NCBI GenBank assembly: GCA_965644315.1 | Contig: CBFFRQ010000053.1 | Coordinates: 124,001 to 188,000 of the forward strand | Direction: 5' to 3' | Length of the DNA: 64,000 nucleotides | Source: Caecitellus pseudoparvulus | Lineage: Eukaryota; Protista; Bigyra: Bicosoecida | Shown here: positions 11,601 through 23,520 of the stretch, one piece after another | Layout: the number at the start of each line of letters is the position of its first letter | Position numbering within the stretch: position 1 is the first letter of the stretch | Notes under the pieces: generated by a model | Databases searched by the model: none | Told to the model about the DNA's origin: nothing | Seen by the model: the letters and a program-made list of their open reading frames with translations, nothing else | Program-made: the position numbers and the translations under genes

Positions 11601-14600
11601 CGCCCGCACGGCTGTGAACGCTCAGGACTACTGTGACGCCGCCACACTGGCTCGCATGCGCCGGGAGGTCGTGCACCATCTCATGCTGGGCCCCTCCCCG
11701 CGATCCAAGATCTCCAAGGCAGTGGCTGTGCTGCAGGTGCGGAGGTCCGAGCGCCTGCCCGACAGCATCTTGACCCAAGTGCTGCGAGAAGTGGCAGAGT
11801 ATCGTGAGCCGTCGGGCATGGAGGCTGGGAAGTACGTGCTGCGCAAGGAGGTGCTGGAATCAGAGTACGACCCCTCTTTCTGGCACCTGATGCCAAAGGA
11901 GCACACCACTGCGCGGGAGGCGTGGCTGGAGGCACGAGAGGCCTCTGCCTCCTCGCGCTGGGGCAAAGTGCCGCACAACGCCGTGCAGGTGAAGAGCAAG
12001 CACTTGCTGGGGGCCCTGTCGGCGGCCAGACCCATGTGCCCTGCCCCGCCCTTGGCAGCTGCGGCGTACAGCCGCCTGTACGCGCTGCTGTTTTGCCCTG
12101 CCTCCGTTCGCGTTGTGCAGGTGCTGCTGCATGCGGCTGTCGCCGGCCACGCCGAGACGCAGGCTGTGGAGGCAGTGCAGGGAGCCTTGAGCACGGTGCA
12201 TGGCTGGGCACAGCTGCCGCCCAGCTCGTGTTGTGTCCCCCCAGCCCATCAGTCCTCTACCGGCCTTGTGACACTTGCGCTGCAGTGGCTCACTCTCGCC
12301 CTTCAAGTCGCTGGCGCGGTGCGAGACGCAGGCGAGGCATCCCCAGCTTTGGCACCCCACCTTGCTGCAGCTACGGAAGACTGGCTCGTCATGCTGACAG
12401 CGCCAGAGGCTGCCCAGTGCATGGCCCTGGACACGGCCAGCATGGTGGCAGACCCAAAGTCTCCGGCTGAAGCTGCCTCTGAGCAAGCAGCGGTGGACTG
12501 CTTCAGCAGTCTGGCTGCGCAGCTGCTGGGGCACGATGACGCAGAGGGGAGCAGTGCGCGAAAGCTGTACTTTTGGCACCGGAACAAGGCCGGACCAGCT
12601 CCCGAACAGTGCTTGCAGCACGCGACAAGCTCAGATGCATTGTTGCTGGCTGCAGAGGCCAAGGGGCTCGAGGAAGCACAAGCAGCGCGCACAGACCTGC
12701 TGCAGCCCATGGCCCCTGTGGTGAAGTACCTGTCGTTGCTGTGGCGTGGTGGTGGACAAGGCGCATGGAGTGGCGAGAGCGGGGCTGCAGCGGACGGCGT
12801 GCTGCCTACCCCCTCCCCGCTGGTGCGGGAGAGCGCTGCGTGGTGCCTCGGCGAGTTGCGCAAAACGACCACCTGTGCCGCGGCAGTGGACGAGGCCATC
12901 GGCCTCACGGCAGCTCTGGCAGAGGAGGCGGCGGAGGAAGACCCGGAAGGGGGTAAGAGCGCGAAGAAGTCCTCCAAGAAGTCCTCCAAGAAGTCCTCCA
13001 AGAAGGGTGCCCAGGCCAAGGCCATGGCCGCCCTCATGGCCCGCCAGTCGTCCTTCCTCACCGACATGGACGACGGGGATGAGGGCAAGGCAGGGGCACA
13101 GCTGCGACCTGCAGCCTCCGTCCTCCCAGCCATGAACGACAGCCCAGACACGTGGGCCGCTGCGCTGGAGCAAGCTGGCGTGGTGCATGCTGCCTTGCCC
13201 GAGGAGGTGGCTTTCTTTGCCGAGAGCCTGCCAGTGGGCGCGCTCCCTGAGGCTGCTGCAGATATTGCTGCTGAAGACGACTTCCTGCGTTCCCGCCTGA
13301 CAGACATTGCCGTCGAGCCTGCTTTGTCCCAAGTCAATGAAGAGGGAAAGTGTGGCGATGCCCCACCCATGGCCCTCGCAGCGGCTCTGCACTGGCAGAC
13401 AGTGCGGCTTCGGCGTCTGGCAGGAGTGGGCCGCCTCGCCCTGCTGGTTTCTGACGGCGTGCACGAAGAAGAGTTGCCGACGCCTTCCGCACAGGCAGTG
13501 CCGCCTGGTTGCCTGCCGCTGGCGCCGCTTCAGGAGGTGCAGGCAGCGCTCGGGGACGTGGTTGGACTGCTGGAGTCATGCGGCCTGTCCAAGCAGTGCG
13601 AAGCCTTGGACCCAGCTACCCATGGCGTGCAGTGCCTCGTGTGCAGAGACCACCGCCCTGGACAGCAGTTCTTGTACACCACCCTGGTGGAGCCCGCTGC
13701 CAACTTGTCTCCGTACTTGACTCCCACCCTGGCCACTGAAGCCAGCCGCGACGGCGGTGTCTTGGCTGAAGAAGTGAGCACGTGGAAAGCCCTGACTGGA
13801 AGGGTGCCCCCCGAAGCTTCCGAGGTGGCGCTCCCGTCCGCAGGGCACTACGCTGTGACGCGTGGCTTCGCCATGTCTCAGGGAGACCCAAGCTCCTCCT
13901 CTTGGCTGCACCTTCTGCACGCGCAGCCGGCCCCCCTGCCGCCCACTGAGGCTCTCCTCAAAGCCCTTTCCGGCGACACTGACCTGCAGCTCTCGCAAGA
14001 CACTCCTAGTCACATGGATCGCGCCGTGCTGCTGGGCATGGTGGGCGGCAAGTTCGGCTCGCGGCCCAGTGCGCTCCTCCCCCCCACTTGCGCTGCTGCA
14101 GAGACTGCCGCTGAAGCTGCTGGAGGCAGTGACGGGGACCCACTGGATGCTGCGCTGGATGAGGTCCTTGGGGAGGAGGGCGGCGACGCAGCTGCGGCGC
14201 AGCCGGCTGAAGCGGCCGAGCATGCCGAGGCTGCGCCCGCTCCAGCGCCCGCCCCAGCGCCGGCCCCAGCGCCAGCTGGCCCACCTCCAGGCGTACCTCT
14301 CCCCGCGTGGCACATGGCACAAGCAGTGCTTGCTTCTAACAACCCCCAACTGCATGCCATGCTGGCCATGTTGGGGGCAGAGGCAGCAGCTGGCTTGGCG
14401 GGCATGCTGCTGCAGGCCAACCCCATGCCCGGCATCACGACCGCACACATGACAGCGGCGATTTCTGCCGCATTGGAGCAGCAGGGCGGCGACCAGGGTG
14501 CCGGGCACGGCGGCTTCGACTCTGAGGATGACGAAGAGGAGGATGGCATTGGAATCGGCATTTCTGCCGCTGATCGCCGATCTCGTGCCTGCATGCCCGT

Positions 14601-17600
14601 GCGCAAGGGCCTGAAGGAGGCCTGCCTGGCGGGCTTGGCGCACCCTGTGGCCAAAGCTGGGTTCCTGCGCCGGGGCAGCGTGGCAGGCAGCGCTGTGGCT
14701 TCTCTGAACGTCTGGTTTTCGGGGTCCGCCATGCACGCACAGTGCGCCAGTACGTTCCTGGAAGACCTTGCTCGCAAGGCTGCAATGCCAGGTCACCACG
14801 ACGGGCACCTGAGTGCCAATGTCGCGGGAGGCGAGTTCCTGTGCCCCCTGCGGCGCACACTGGCCAACGCCTGTCTCCCACGTGCCTGGGGCGGGGACAG
14901 GGTGGAGGGCACCACGGCCGCCTTGGACATGTGGTGGCCTGTCACGGCCAGGCTCCTGAACGACGGCGTGAACCGAATCCTGGACTGGGAGAGGAAGTTC
15001 TTTTCCCCCGCTTTGCGGAACTTGGCCTCCAGCTCCGCATTCGCCGTGCCTTCTGTCGCGGATGCCTTGCAGAAGCTTGGGGCGTTGGTGGTGTTGCTGC
15101 CGGCCGATGGACAGCGAGCCTTGGTGGCGACTGTCTTGCAGCAAGTGCGCCAGCGCACTAGCCCAGACACGGTCACTGCGATCCTGGACAACGTGCGTTG
15201 TTCCAGCCAAGATGCCGACATGCATGTCTCCGTGTGGCGCGAAATGCTGCAGGAAGCACTGGGTGTGCCCCCCGCAGACGTGTTGGGAGCTGGGGCAACG
15301 GGCCTCTCCGCCCCGCCACGTGACCTGCTAGAGATGGTGCTGAGGACAGTGTCAGTTGCGGAGCAAAGTGGGCTGATGGAGCAGAATGTGACCACACGCA
15401 CGTGCGCCACGGCCATGGCGGCGGACCATGCGCCCCCCGAAGGTAAGGAGGGTGACTCCCAGCCACCTCCTGCCTCAGAGGTGATGCAAGAGCACCTAGC
15501 CCTGGCTCGTTTGGAAGGCGATGAGTGTGCCAAGTTCGCACGCCAAGTAGTGAAGCGGATGGAAGTGGCCGAAGGCGCGCAGCACGTGCGCAAGGCGCAC
15601 TGGAAGGCGGCGCAGCATCTCGTGCCACTGCGGGGGGATGCTGCCGTCGTCCCGCTGCGCAGCGGGCTGGCTGACGGAGGCTTGCTGGTATCTGCTTCGC
15701 CCAGCGCCGCCAAGCGTCGCCGCACCGAGGGCTCGGCTACTCACCCCAGCTGCACACCGGTGGTGGTGCTGCACGCAGCTGGCACCCCCCTCGGCTTGCT
15801 ACCTGCCCAGGAAGGGTGCAGTGCCAGTACCTGGCAGGAGGAGCCCCCGAAGGTGCTGCGGGCGAGGACCAACTGGCTGTCTGAAATCATCGTGTGCTTG
15901 AGGGGACTGGCAGGCGCAGTGCTGCGCAGCCTGACCCACACCACTGCTCTGCCCTTGCCGTCAGTGAGCGTCTCAGCAGCGTTTGACCCTGGCATGGCAG
16001 CTGCGACCAAGGACATGGTGGACGCCTGGTTCGACCCAGCAACCCCGCCTGAGCAGCAGGCGTCCCCCACACCGGCTGCAGCAGCGCCCAGCATGCCATC
16101 CCTGGCGCGTGGCTTCTCCACTGGGGCGGCCTCCACTGTGACAGGGTCCTCCGAGGCCAGCACGCGCCCTGGAGAAACTCCTCTGGGAGCGACCCCCAGC
16201 ATGCTGACGTCCCCGCGCACGGCGTCTGCATGGGCCAGTCTTCTGGCCGCTGCCCGTCGACTGGTCAGCCTGCGCACTGGCCGCTTGGCGCTGTGCCTAC
16301 ATGCTCCCCTGCTCGCGTTGCTGCATGGGCAGGCTGCAGTGCGCGTGGGGCCAGCATTAGGAGACTGGGCCAGTGTGCTGGCGAAATGCGAGGAGGAAGG
16401 TGGCCCTGTCAAAGTCGAGTCCCACAGCAAGCTCCTGCATGCGTTCACCACTGGTGTGCCCTCGTCATTCGGCTCGCCAAACACGGTGTGGGAGGGGAGG
16501 GAGGGTGAGCAGGGCATGGCGCCTGCCCTCCTCGTGCTGCCGCTGGAGGTGGTGAAGTTCTTGATGCCCCACGCAGTCGACGATGAAAGCATGGGGCACG
16601 ACGACGAAGGATGCACGTGCAAGGCAGAGGGCTTGCTGGCTGCTGGCGCACCCCTGCGCCTGCACCAGGTTGACCCCCGTCGCCTGCTGCTGCTGTTGGC
16701 GGCGACCCTGCCTCGGTGGGAGGAGGTCCGGGCCACTGCAGGGCAGCTGCACCTCGCCGCAGCCGCCAGCCAAGTGCTGTATACTCACCCAGAAGCAGGG
16801 CGGACTGGTGGGTACACCGCCGGTGCGGCCGGTCGCGCGCCGTGCTCCACCATGGAGTTCTACGCCTTTGCGTCGGCCCTGCTGCGCCTCGTAGCCCCGC
16901 CCCACCTGCGCGCAGAAGCAGCTGCCTTGGTGCTGGAGGGCCGTGTCGCCACTGTGGACCAAGCTCTCTTGCCTGAGCTCGTCCAAGCGCACGAAGCTGT
17001 GTCTGGTGAGGCAGATCACCTCCACGTCGGTGAGTGGCTGCAGGTGTACTTGCAGGCCGCCCTGGCGCCAGTGTGGGTGGGGCAGCCAGTGGAGGCGGGG
17101 GCAGAGCACGTGTCCATGCGACGCTGGTGCGAGGGCTCCCAGGCGCAGGTAGGCTTCATGTTGTCATTGGTGGCTTGTGCGCAGATGGCTGGGGTGAGCG
17201 GTGGCCTCTCCTTCGAGCACAGCAGTGGTGTGTGGACTGTGCGAGGCCTGGCGGCCACAATGGCGACGCAGTTGGCGCGTGCCGCGTGCCAGCGCACCAC
17301 ACCCACCCACGCCCAGCTACAAGCCTTACGGGGTCCAGAGGGTGCGCAAGTGCCAGCTGCTGGCGCAGGCGTGGCCCCTGCTGCCCTCGCCTCAGCTCCA
17401 CTCTTGCGGCATGTGCCACTGTACGTGGCCACACTCATCCCCCTGCCCGTGCGATTCGCTACCTTGTCCAAGTGGGCCATGCGCACGCACTCCCAAATGC
17501 TGCCCGTGGGTGCGGAAGGATTGACGGCTTGGCGTGACGTGCAAGGCGCAGAGGGCATCTTCGGGCCGGGCGTCAGCGTCATGCGCGATGCCACACACCT

Positions 17601-17976
17601 GATCACCGAGGAGCCGGCGCTGGACCTCGTCACAGGCACCATCCTCCCTGCAGGGCAGCAGGCGCGTGATCCAGTCTCCCGCTTCGGCGCCACGACACGG
17701 TTCTCGAACTTCTTGCACGGCGGCGTGGGCGTCTTCCTGCTCGTGCGCACCTCTGCCGTCGTGTTGGTGCGTGGCCAGTACTCTGTCTGGTACGCTTCGC
17801 CGTACGTGGACAAGCACGGCGAAGCGGACCACGGCTTGAAGCGAGGGCTACCACTGACGCTGGCCCCCTCACGGTACGCTCGCCTGGCGACTCTGTGGGC
17901 GACTGGGCGCATTGGCGAGGAGGTGGCACGCCTGCGCACAAACGCAGACAAGGTCATTCGCATGGGGTGGTATTGA
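8639..17976 (+). CDS. UBR1: UBR1/PRT6-family E3 ubiquitin ligase (N-recognin)
   Basis: UBR box (CGKNF..GDLVYQCATCGVDPTCVVCSDCF...HEGH...GGTCDCGDHEAW). Intron 9000-9079 gives W-S-P-EGCCDQH. Also a ClpS-like domain (IVHNDDVHTYDEVI), winged-helix (RREVVHHLMLGP.PRSKI), split RING (CLVC...MH..C...GEFLCP), and C-terminal SPYVDKHGEADHGLKRGLPL. Confidence 0.93.
12964..13005 (+). repeat. 12-bp coding microrepeat (aagaagtcctcc)x~3.5 = KKSS
   Basis: Seen directly within the UBR1 basic region upstream of the RING. Confidence 0.85.
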
Positions 17977-18344
17977 AGCGCCGCCCCTCTGCGCCACACC
18001 TGTGCCTCTCCATGGCTGCTTGGGTTGAATGCAGAGCTCTGGGTCCATTGTTTGTGACAAACATTACAGGTGCAGGTGCATCGCATACCCGGCTTTGCAA
18101 GCAGCGCGGGGAAGGCGGGGTGCGCTTGCACGTCAAAGTGACCGAAACGATGTACATTCTGAACGGGGGCAGTACCAGCCTCGCCACTATGCCTGATAGG
18201 CCATCAAGGGTGGGCTAATTGCTTGGACGTGGCTGCCACGAACACTCGTACGGCGGTGTGCGGCTCCGACGCGTTGTGGGAGCAAGTAAACGCAGGTGTA
18301 GGGCTGCAATGGCGGTAGCGCCAGGAATGGAGGGGTGGGGTCGC

Positions 18345-19550
18345 TCAATCGGAAGGAGAGGTGTGCTTGGGAGTGGGCAGGAATGCAGCCGTGTACAGTT
18401 CAACAAAGGTGTTCATGGTGAGCAGAGTGATGATGGCGTGAGGTGCACAGCGAGCAGAATAAGCAGCATACCCCCGCCACAGCTGGAAGAAGCCATCTTT
18501 CGCAATGAGCTGGCGGCCGCAGTCGAGGAAGCCGCTGTACGGGTTGCGTCCGCCCTCCGCCTTCATGTCCTGCATGGCCACCTTGATGCGGTCAAAGGGC
18601 AGGGAGGTGAAGGCGCAGGCAAAGCCGGCGAAGCCTGCGGAAATGACCCGCGTCGTGAAGTCGTCCGCACCGCCCCTGGCAGACACGACCAGGTACTTGA
18701 TCTGGTCAAAGCTAGCCATCATGCCCACGTTGACGCTCATGGCACGGGCGACAGTGGGCGTGGACCCTCGCCAGAGGCTGAGCACGCCCTCCTCCCTCAC
18801 GATGCGCACGAGGGCGTCGAAGACGTGCTTGTAGTTCCGCCGGGTCTCTGGGGGTCGCGTCGCGTCTGTCTGCATGCGCACCAGCGACAAGTCCATGGGG
18901 TTCCCGATGAAGGAGCCGATGGCGCCGCTGGCCATGCTGCTCAGCACGCTCTTGTACGCTGGCAGCTGCCCGCCCCCCTGGGCCTCCAGCATGTAGTTGG
19001 AGAAGGAACGGTGCAGGCCCAGACGGGCGGTGCCGTACACTGCCTGGCGCATGAGGGCTGCCGACAATCTGCGGGGCGGGGGAGGGTGGGTGCTGGGCTG
19101 TGTGGGTGCGGCAGGCCGCCCATGCGGCTAGCCACCCACCCGCGGTAGAAGCCAGTGGGCCCCGACTCTTTCAAGGTGACTTTGATCATCTCCGCGGCCG
19201 GCCGACCAGTCACCTGCACGCGGGTCTTCATGAGGTCTGCGAAGCAGGCGCTGACTGGGCCGTGACGCAGGCGCTGCGGCGGTGGGAGGCGGCCTTCGCA
19301 CCTGCCGGGTGAACCTGTGCAGAGTAAGGCGAACACTTGCGGGGGTGGGCATTGCGGGTGCAGCTCACTGGCCCCGGTCGCACTCACAAACATGGTGGCA
19401 AACATGGCCGCAGCTCCTCCAGAAGCGTACGGCTTGGCTGCAAGAGCAAACCAGTGCCCCTCTGCGCGGCGTGGAGACTTGTTTAATGTCGGGAACTGGC
19501 CATGCGTGTGAGGGATGCACATCCAGCTCACCTTCTTGCTGTGAAGCCAT
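18345..19550 (-). CDS. mitochondrial carrier, 2-oxoglutarate/malate (SLC25A11/DTC-like)
   Basis: Three Px[DE]xx[KR] motifs (HPADLMKTRVQ, NPMDLSLVRMQTD, LPFDRIKVAMQ) plus LSAALMRQAVYGTARLG and RRNYKHVFDAL. Several short introns, including a 13-nt micro-exon at 19302-19314. Confidence 0.92.
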
Positions 19551-19780
19551 GGCGCAGTTGGTGGGGGCGGGGCGGCGTGTTGGGGTGGGCTTGAGAGCAA
19601 CTTCCGCCGAGGCCAGCCAATGGTTCGGAAGGCCTTGCCGCGGAAATGCAAGGCTTGTGAGCATGAGGGACTGTTGGACTACCTGCGCACAACAATGAAT
19701 TGACGGGGAGACATGTGTTGCACCAGGGTATGCCCCCTCCCCTCTGCACCTGCCACCCCACGCACGCCCCGCTCGTTGGC

Positions 19781-20830
19781 TCAGCTGTAGAAGTCTGGCT
19801 CGACAGAATCTGCGTCTGAGTCAGCGGCTGCGGCGGCGGCAGCGCTGGTGCTGAGCAGGGGAGGCGAGACCTTGCTTATGTGATAGTAGTTGTACATGGC
19901 CTCCTCCATCTCGTGCATGTGTCCGGCGATGGCGAGGGAGTGCAGCGGTTTGCCGAAGTCCACCGTCAGCAGCTCCTTCAGGGTGCCGGCCACGATGAGC
20001 TGGTCCTTCTGGCCCACGCGGGCAAGACCAAATGCCTTGCTGTCTTCAGACAGCACCCCTCCCTTGCCTTCCCCCTGCAGGCGCGTCTCAATCTCCAGCA
20101 GCTGCTCCACGGCAGTGTTCACCGTCATGTACCGGGGCGGCAGCCAGGCAGTGCGCCCCTTCATGAGCGCCTTGAAGTCAGGCTCCTTCACCTTGATGTC
20201 CAGCAGGCACAGCGTGTGCAGGCCACCGGAGGCGTTGAAGGCCAGCTTCTCGTAGAAGCTGTCGGGGCGCCACTCGTCCGTGAAGAAGGGGATGCTGATG
20301 GTCTGCCCGAAGGAGTACAGCTGCAGCCCGCAGGCGGCGCAGGCGTTCATGATGCTGGCGTTGTGGATGATCTCCACCTTGATGCCCATGTCCACTGCTC
20401 GCGTGAAGAGGTCCATGTGTGTCGTGGCGCTGCGCGGGGGCGGGCGTAAGTGGCTGAGGGTTGCGCAGACAGCTCTGTTCCCTGTCCACGCACCACAGCG
20501 CATCCCCCACGACGAGGAAAGCGACATCCTCTGTCTTGGCCGGGCCAAGAATCGCATCTGAGCCAGACTCAACCATGCTGCGATCAGCGATGATGACCTC
20601 CTTGCCGTACTTCTCAGTCTGCTCAGGGCGTGGACGGAGCATGGGGATGCATGCGGAAATCGCTTTGGCACGCGTTTTCCGCAGCGCTGGCTCACCAACT
20701 CTGCGTTGTCGATGCCGAGGATGGACGTGTACATCTCCAAGAACACATGGCTACTCTTCTCGATGGCTGCCGCGCCCTTCAGCGTGACATCGTCTGCATC
20801 TCCGAGGCCGAGGCCGATGATGTACAGCAT
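19781..20830 (-). CDS. DPH5: diphthine methyl ester synthase
   Basis: [72 protein letters not shown]; two introns. Confidence 0.96.
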   Translation of the reverse strand: MLYIIGLGLGDADDVTLKGAAAIEKSSHVFLEMYTSILGIDNAELVSQRCGKRVPKRFPHASPCSVHALSRLRSTARRSSSLIAAWLSLAQMRFLARPRQRMSLSSSWGMRCGAWTGNRAVCATLSHLRPPPRSATTHMDLFTRAVDMGIKVEIIHNASIMNACAACGLQLYSFGQTISIPFFTDEWRPDSFYEKLAFNASGGLHTLCLLDIKVKEPDFKALMKGRTAWLPPRYMTVNTAVEQLLEIETRLQGEGKGGVLSEDSKAFGLARVGQKDQLIVAGTLKELLTVDFGKPLHSLAIAGHMHEMEEAMYNYYHISKVSPPLLSTSAAAAAAADSDADSVEPDFYS

Positions 20831-20968
20831 CGTGGGAGACTCAACAACAAAGAGGTGTGCTGGGCGGTGCGGCCAGCCCTGCAAGGGGAACTAGGTGGAG
20901 CAGTGCAAAGAGAGCAACGCAAGGCAGGAGGAAACAACAGTAAATTGCGCGGAGGGGCTGGGAGTACG

Positions 20969-23148
20969 CTACAGGGGGGCCGACGTGCTCTCCTCAGTGG
21001 CTGGCACGGGCGCACTCAGCAGCTCTTGCACGTGGGCTGCCAGTGCCGCCGCGTTGGAGACGTGGCAGGACACCTTCTTGCCTTGCGCAGCTGCCTGGTC
21101 GTAGGCAGACAGCCACCGCTGCGCCTCCTGCTGGAAGGCTTCGGGGAGCTCCAGCATGGTGGCCAGCTCCACCGCTGCTGCTCCCTGGCGCGTGAGCAGG
21201 TGGGCCAGGGCGGAGAAGAGGCGAGTGGCGACGCGCCCGGACTTCTGCCCCTCCACTGCAGCGAAGGTCTGGCACAGCAGGGCCGTCGTTGCGTCGGAGT
21301 AGGAGTCCGAGACGAGGGCGCCGGGGAAGAGCGCCAAGGCGTAGTTGTGCAGGACGCCGGCTGCGGCGAGGAGCACGGCATCCCCCGTCACGCCGCACTT
21401 GCTGCCGCAGGACACAGCTGCGCAGTCTGCTTCCGACCCGTCCGGGCCGCCCCTGAGCAGGGCGTTGCAGGCAGTGGTGACAACGGGCTGCATGGTGTCG
21501 GGGCGCAGCATGGTGGGGCGGGACACGGCGTGCCCCAGCAAGTTGCCCGCGAACGCCAGGGCGGTGCCTGCGATCATCCAGTCGCAGGGCGACACGGTGC
21601 CCGTGCCAGGCGCAGGCACCGCCGCCAAGCTCGTCTGCAGCACCTTGGACAGCGTCTCCTGGGCGTCCGTGAAGGGCAGGGCCACCTCAGCCGCCTGCGC
21701 CTGTGCGTTGGGGCAGTTGGGCACCTTGCCCTCCAGCAGCGTGTAGAAGCCCGCGGCACAGGGCCGGGCAGCTGCCGCGCGGAGGAGGAAGAGGGTGGCC
21801 ACCTTGGCCTTGCTGGGCCACTGCGGCGACAGGTGCACGCGGCTGAGCAGGGCGTACCACCTGGGCCAGTCCACGGCCGAGTCCTTGGCGGCCCACCGAG
21901 CAGCCTCCACGGCACAGTCGGCATCAGGGGCTGACGGCGCGGCAGCCAGGGCCTCGGCCCCGCCCCGCAGCAGCGCAACGTCTTCCTCGCTGAGGGCGGC
22001 TGGGGCGGTGGCTGGGTTGGCGGCCATGGTGCGGGAGACAGCCTCCAGGCGCCGGACGAAGGGCTCAGCCCGCACCACGTGCGCATTGATCAAGGGTTCC
22101 CCCAGCTTCGTGCTGAGGAGATGTGCGCCGTCGGCAGCCGTGGGCGGGCGCACGATGCGGCAGGTGTCCCCCTGGCACACCACATGTTGCCCTGTGGCAG
22201 CTGCACTGGCGGTGGGTGCAGCAGGTGTGCCGCCCGCCATGGCAGTGAAGGGGTCGTTGCAGCCACTCTCCGCTGCCATGCTGCGCTGCATGCCCTCCAC
22301 CATGGGCTTGATGACTTGTCCCAGGGGTGTGGCAAGCACTTCAGCCGGGAGGCCCGTGATGTGGGCGGGGATGCCTTTTCCCAGCAGAAAGTGGCACACT
22401 TCGTCCGAGAAGTTGTTGCAGTTGTTGTGGAAGAGGTCTGTGCACCGAGCAGGGCGAGCGAGGGCTGCGGCGCATGCCAAAGCGAGGATTCCGCGAGTAC
22501 GCAAGCCGCCTGCGCTGTGAAGGCAACCGCGCCAGAAGCCGGACGCACCGTACGTCTGATGTGTGTACTTGGACCTGAGAGGGGGGCGGGTGCAAGGCAA
22601 GTGCATGGCTGGGAGCGGTGCGTGGTGGAGGCCTGCGTTGGTCAAGTGCAGGAGCCTGCGGGAGTATGCGCTCCCGCAGGCACGCCAAGTGGCGAGCCTG
22701 CGCCTCAGCCGACGTTGCGCCGCCCAGCTGCTCAGCAACGCACTTGATGCTAGTCAGGAACTCCTGAAGCTGAGCGCGGGTCTTGGTGGTCGTGCCGAGC
22801 TCTACCTTCTCCGTGGGCTGCAGCTTGAAATGAGCCAACTGAGAAACGTGGGTGGAATTCCCCAGCGTGAGGGAAAGCGCCCAGAAATGTGCGAAGCCGG
22901 GGCGCACGCACCACTGCCGAGTGAGGCAGCACTTGGATGCCCCCTCCGAAGAAGTACTCCTGCCCGAACACTTCCACGCCCGTGTGCCAGATGCCGTCTG
23001 GGTGCAGGCATTCGTGGTGCAGTTCACCCGCGGAACCCGGCGCAGCTGCTCGCCACCACGCACCGATTTGCTTGCCAATGAGGGCAGTGGACATTGCTTT
23101 CGCCGCCCCCATGGACAGGTCGTACACGTACAGGCTGACTACGGGCAT
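20969..23148 (-). CDS. PPPDE/DeSI peptidase with C-terminal helical (PUL-like) domain
   Basis: VSLYVYDLS.G, DGIWHTGVEVFGQEYFFGGGI (catalytic His), YDLFHNNCNNFS (catalytic Cys) across about four introns, then an Ala-rich helical C-terminus. Confidence 0.88.
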
Positions 23149-23520
23149 GGCTGGCTCGTGCGGGTCCCGCTGAATCCCTGCGGAATTCGACACACAACAG
23201 ATAATGCCCAGCTGATGGCGTGCCTGGCAGCGGCAGGCGTTCCGAGCTGTGGCACGCAATGGAGGGGTGAAAGACTGTCAAGTGCATGTGGGTCCAGGTG
23301 TGTCTTCGCGTGGAGTTTAGCTTCGGGCGGCCTTTGCTTGGTCGCCCAAGGCGCAGCGTGACCCAGCTGGCGACGCACGCGGTCGACTGAGGCACCGCGT
23401 GGTCATTCCATGCCGCACTGGCAACATGAGCGCAAAATCCACACCAGCATCGAGATTACGAAGATACCTGCTCAGCACTGTGCTGCGGCTCCGTGTTTCT
23501 GTCGCCCAGCACCGGTATCC

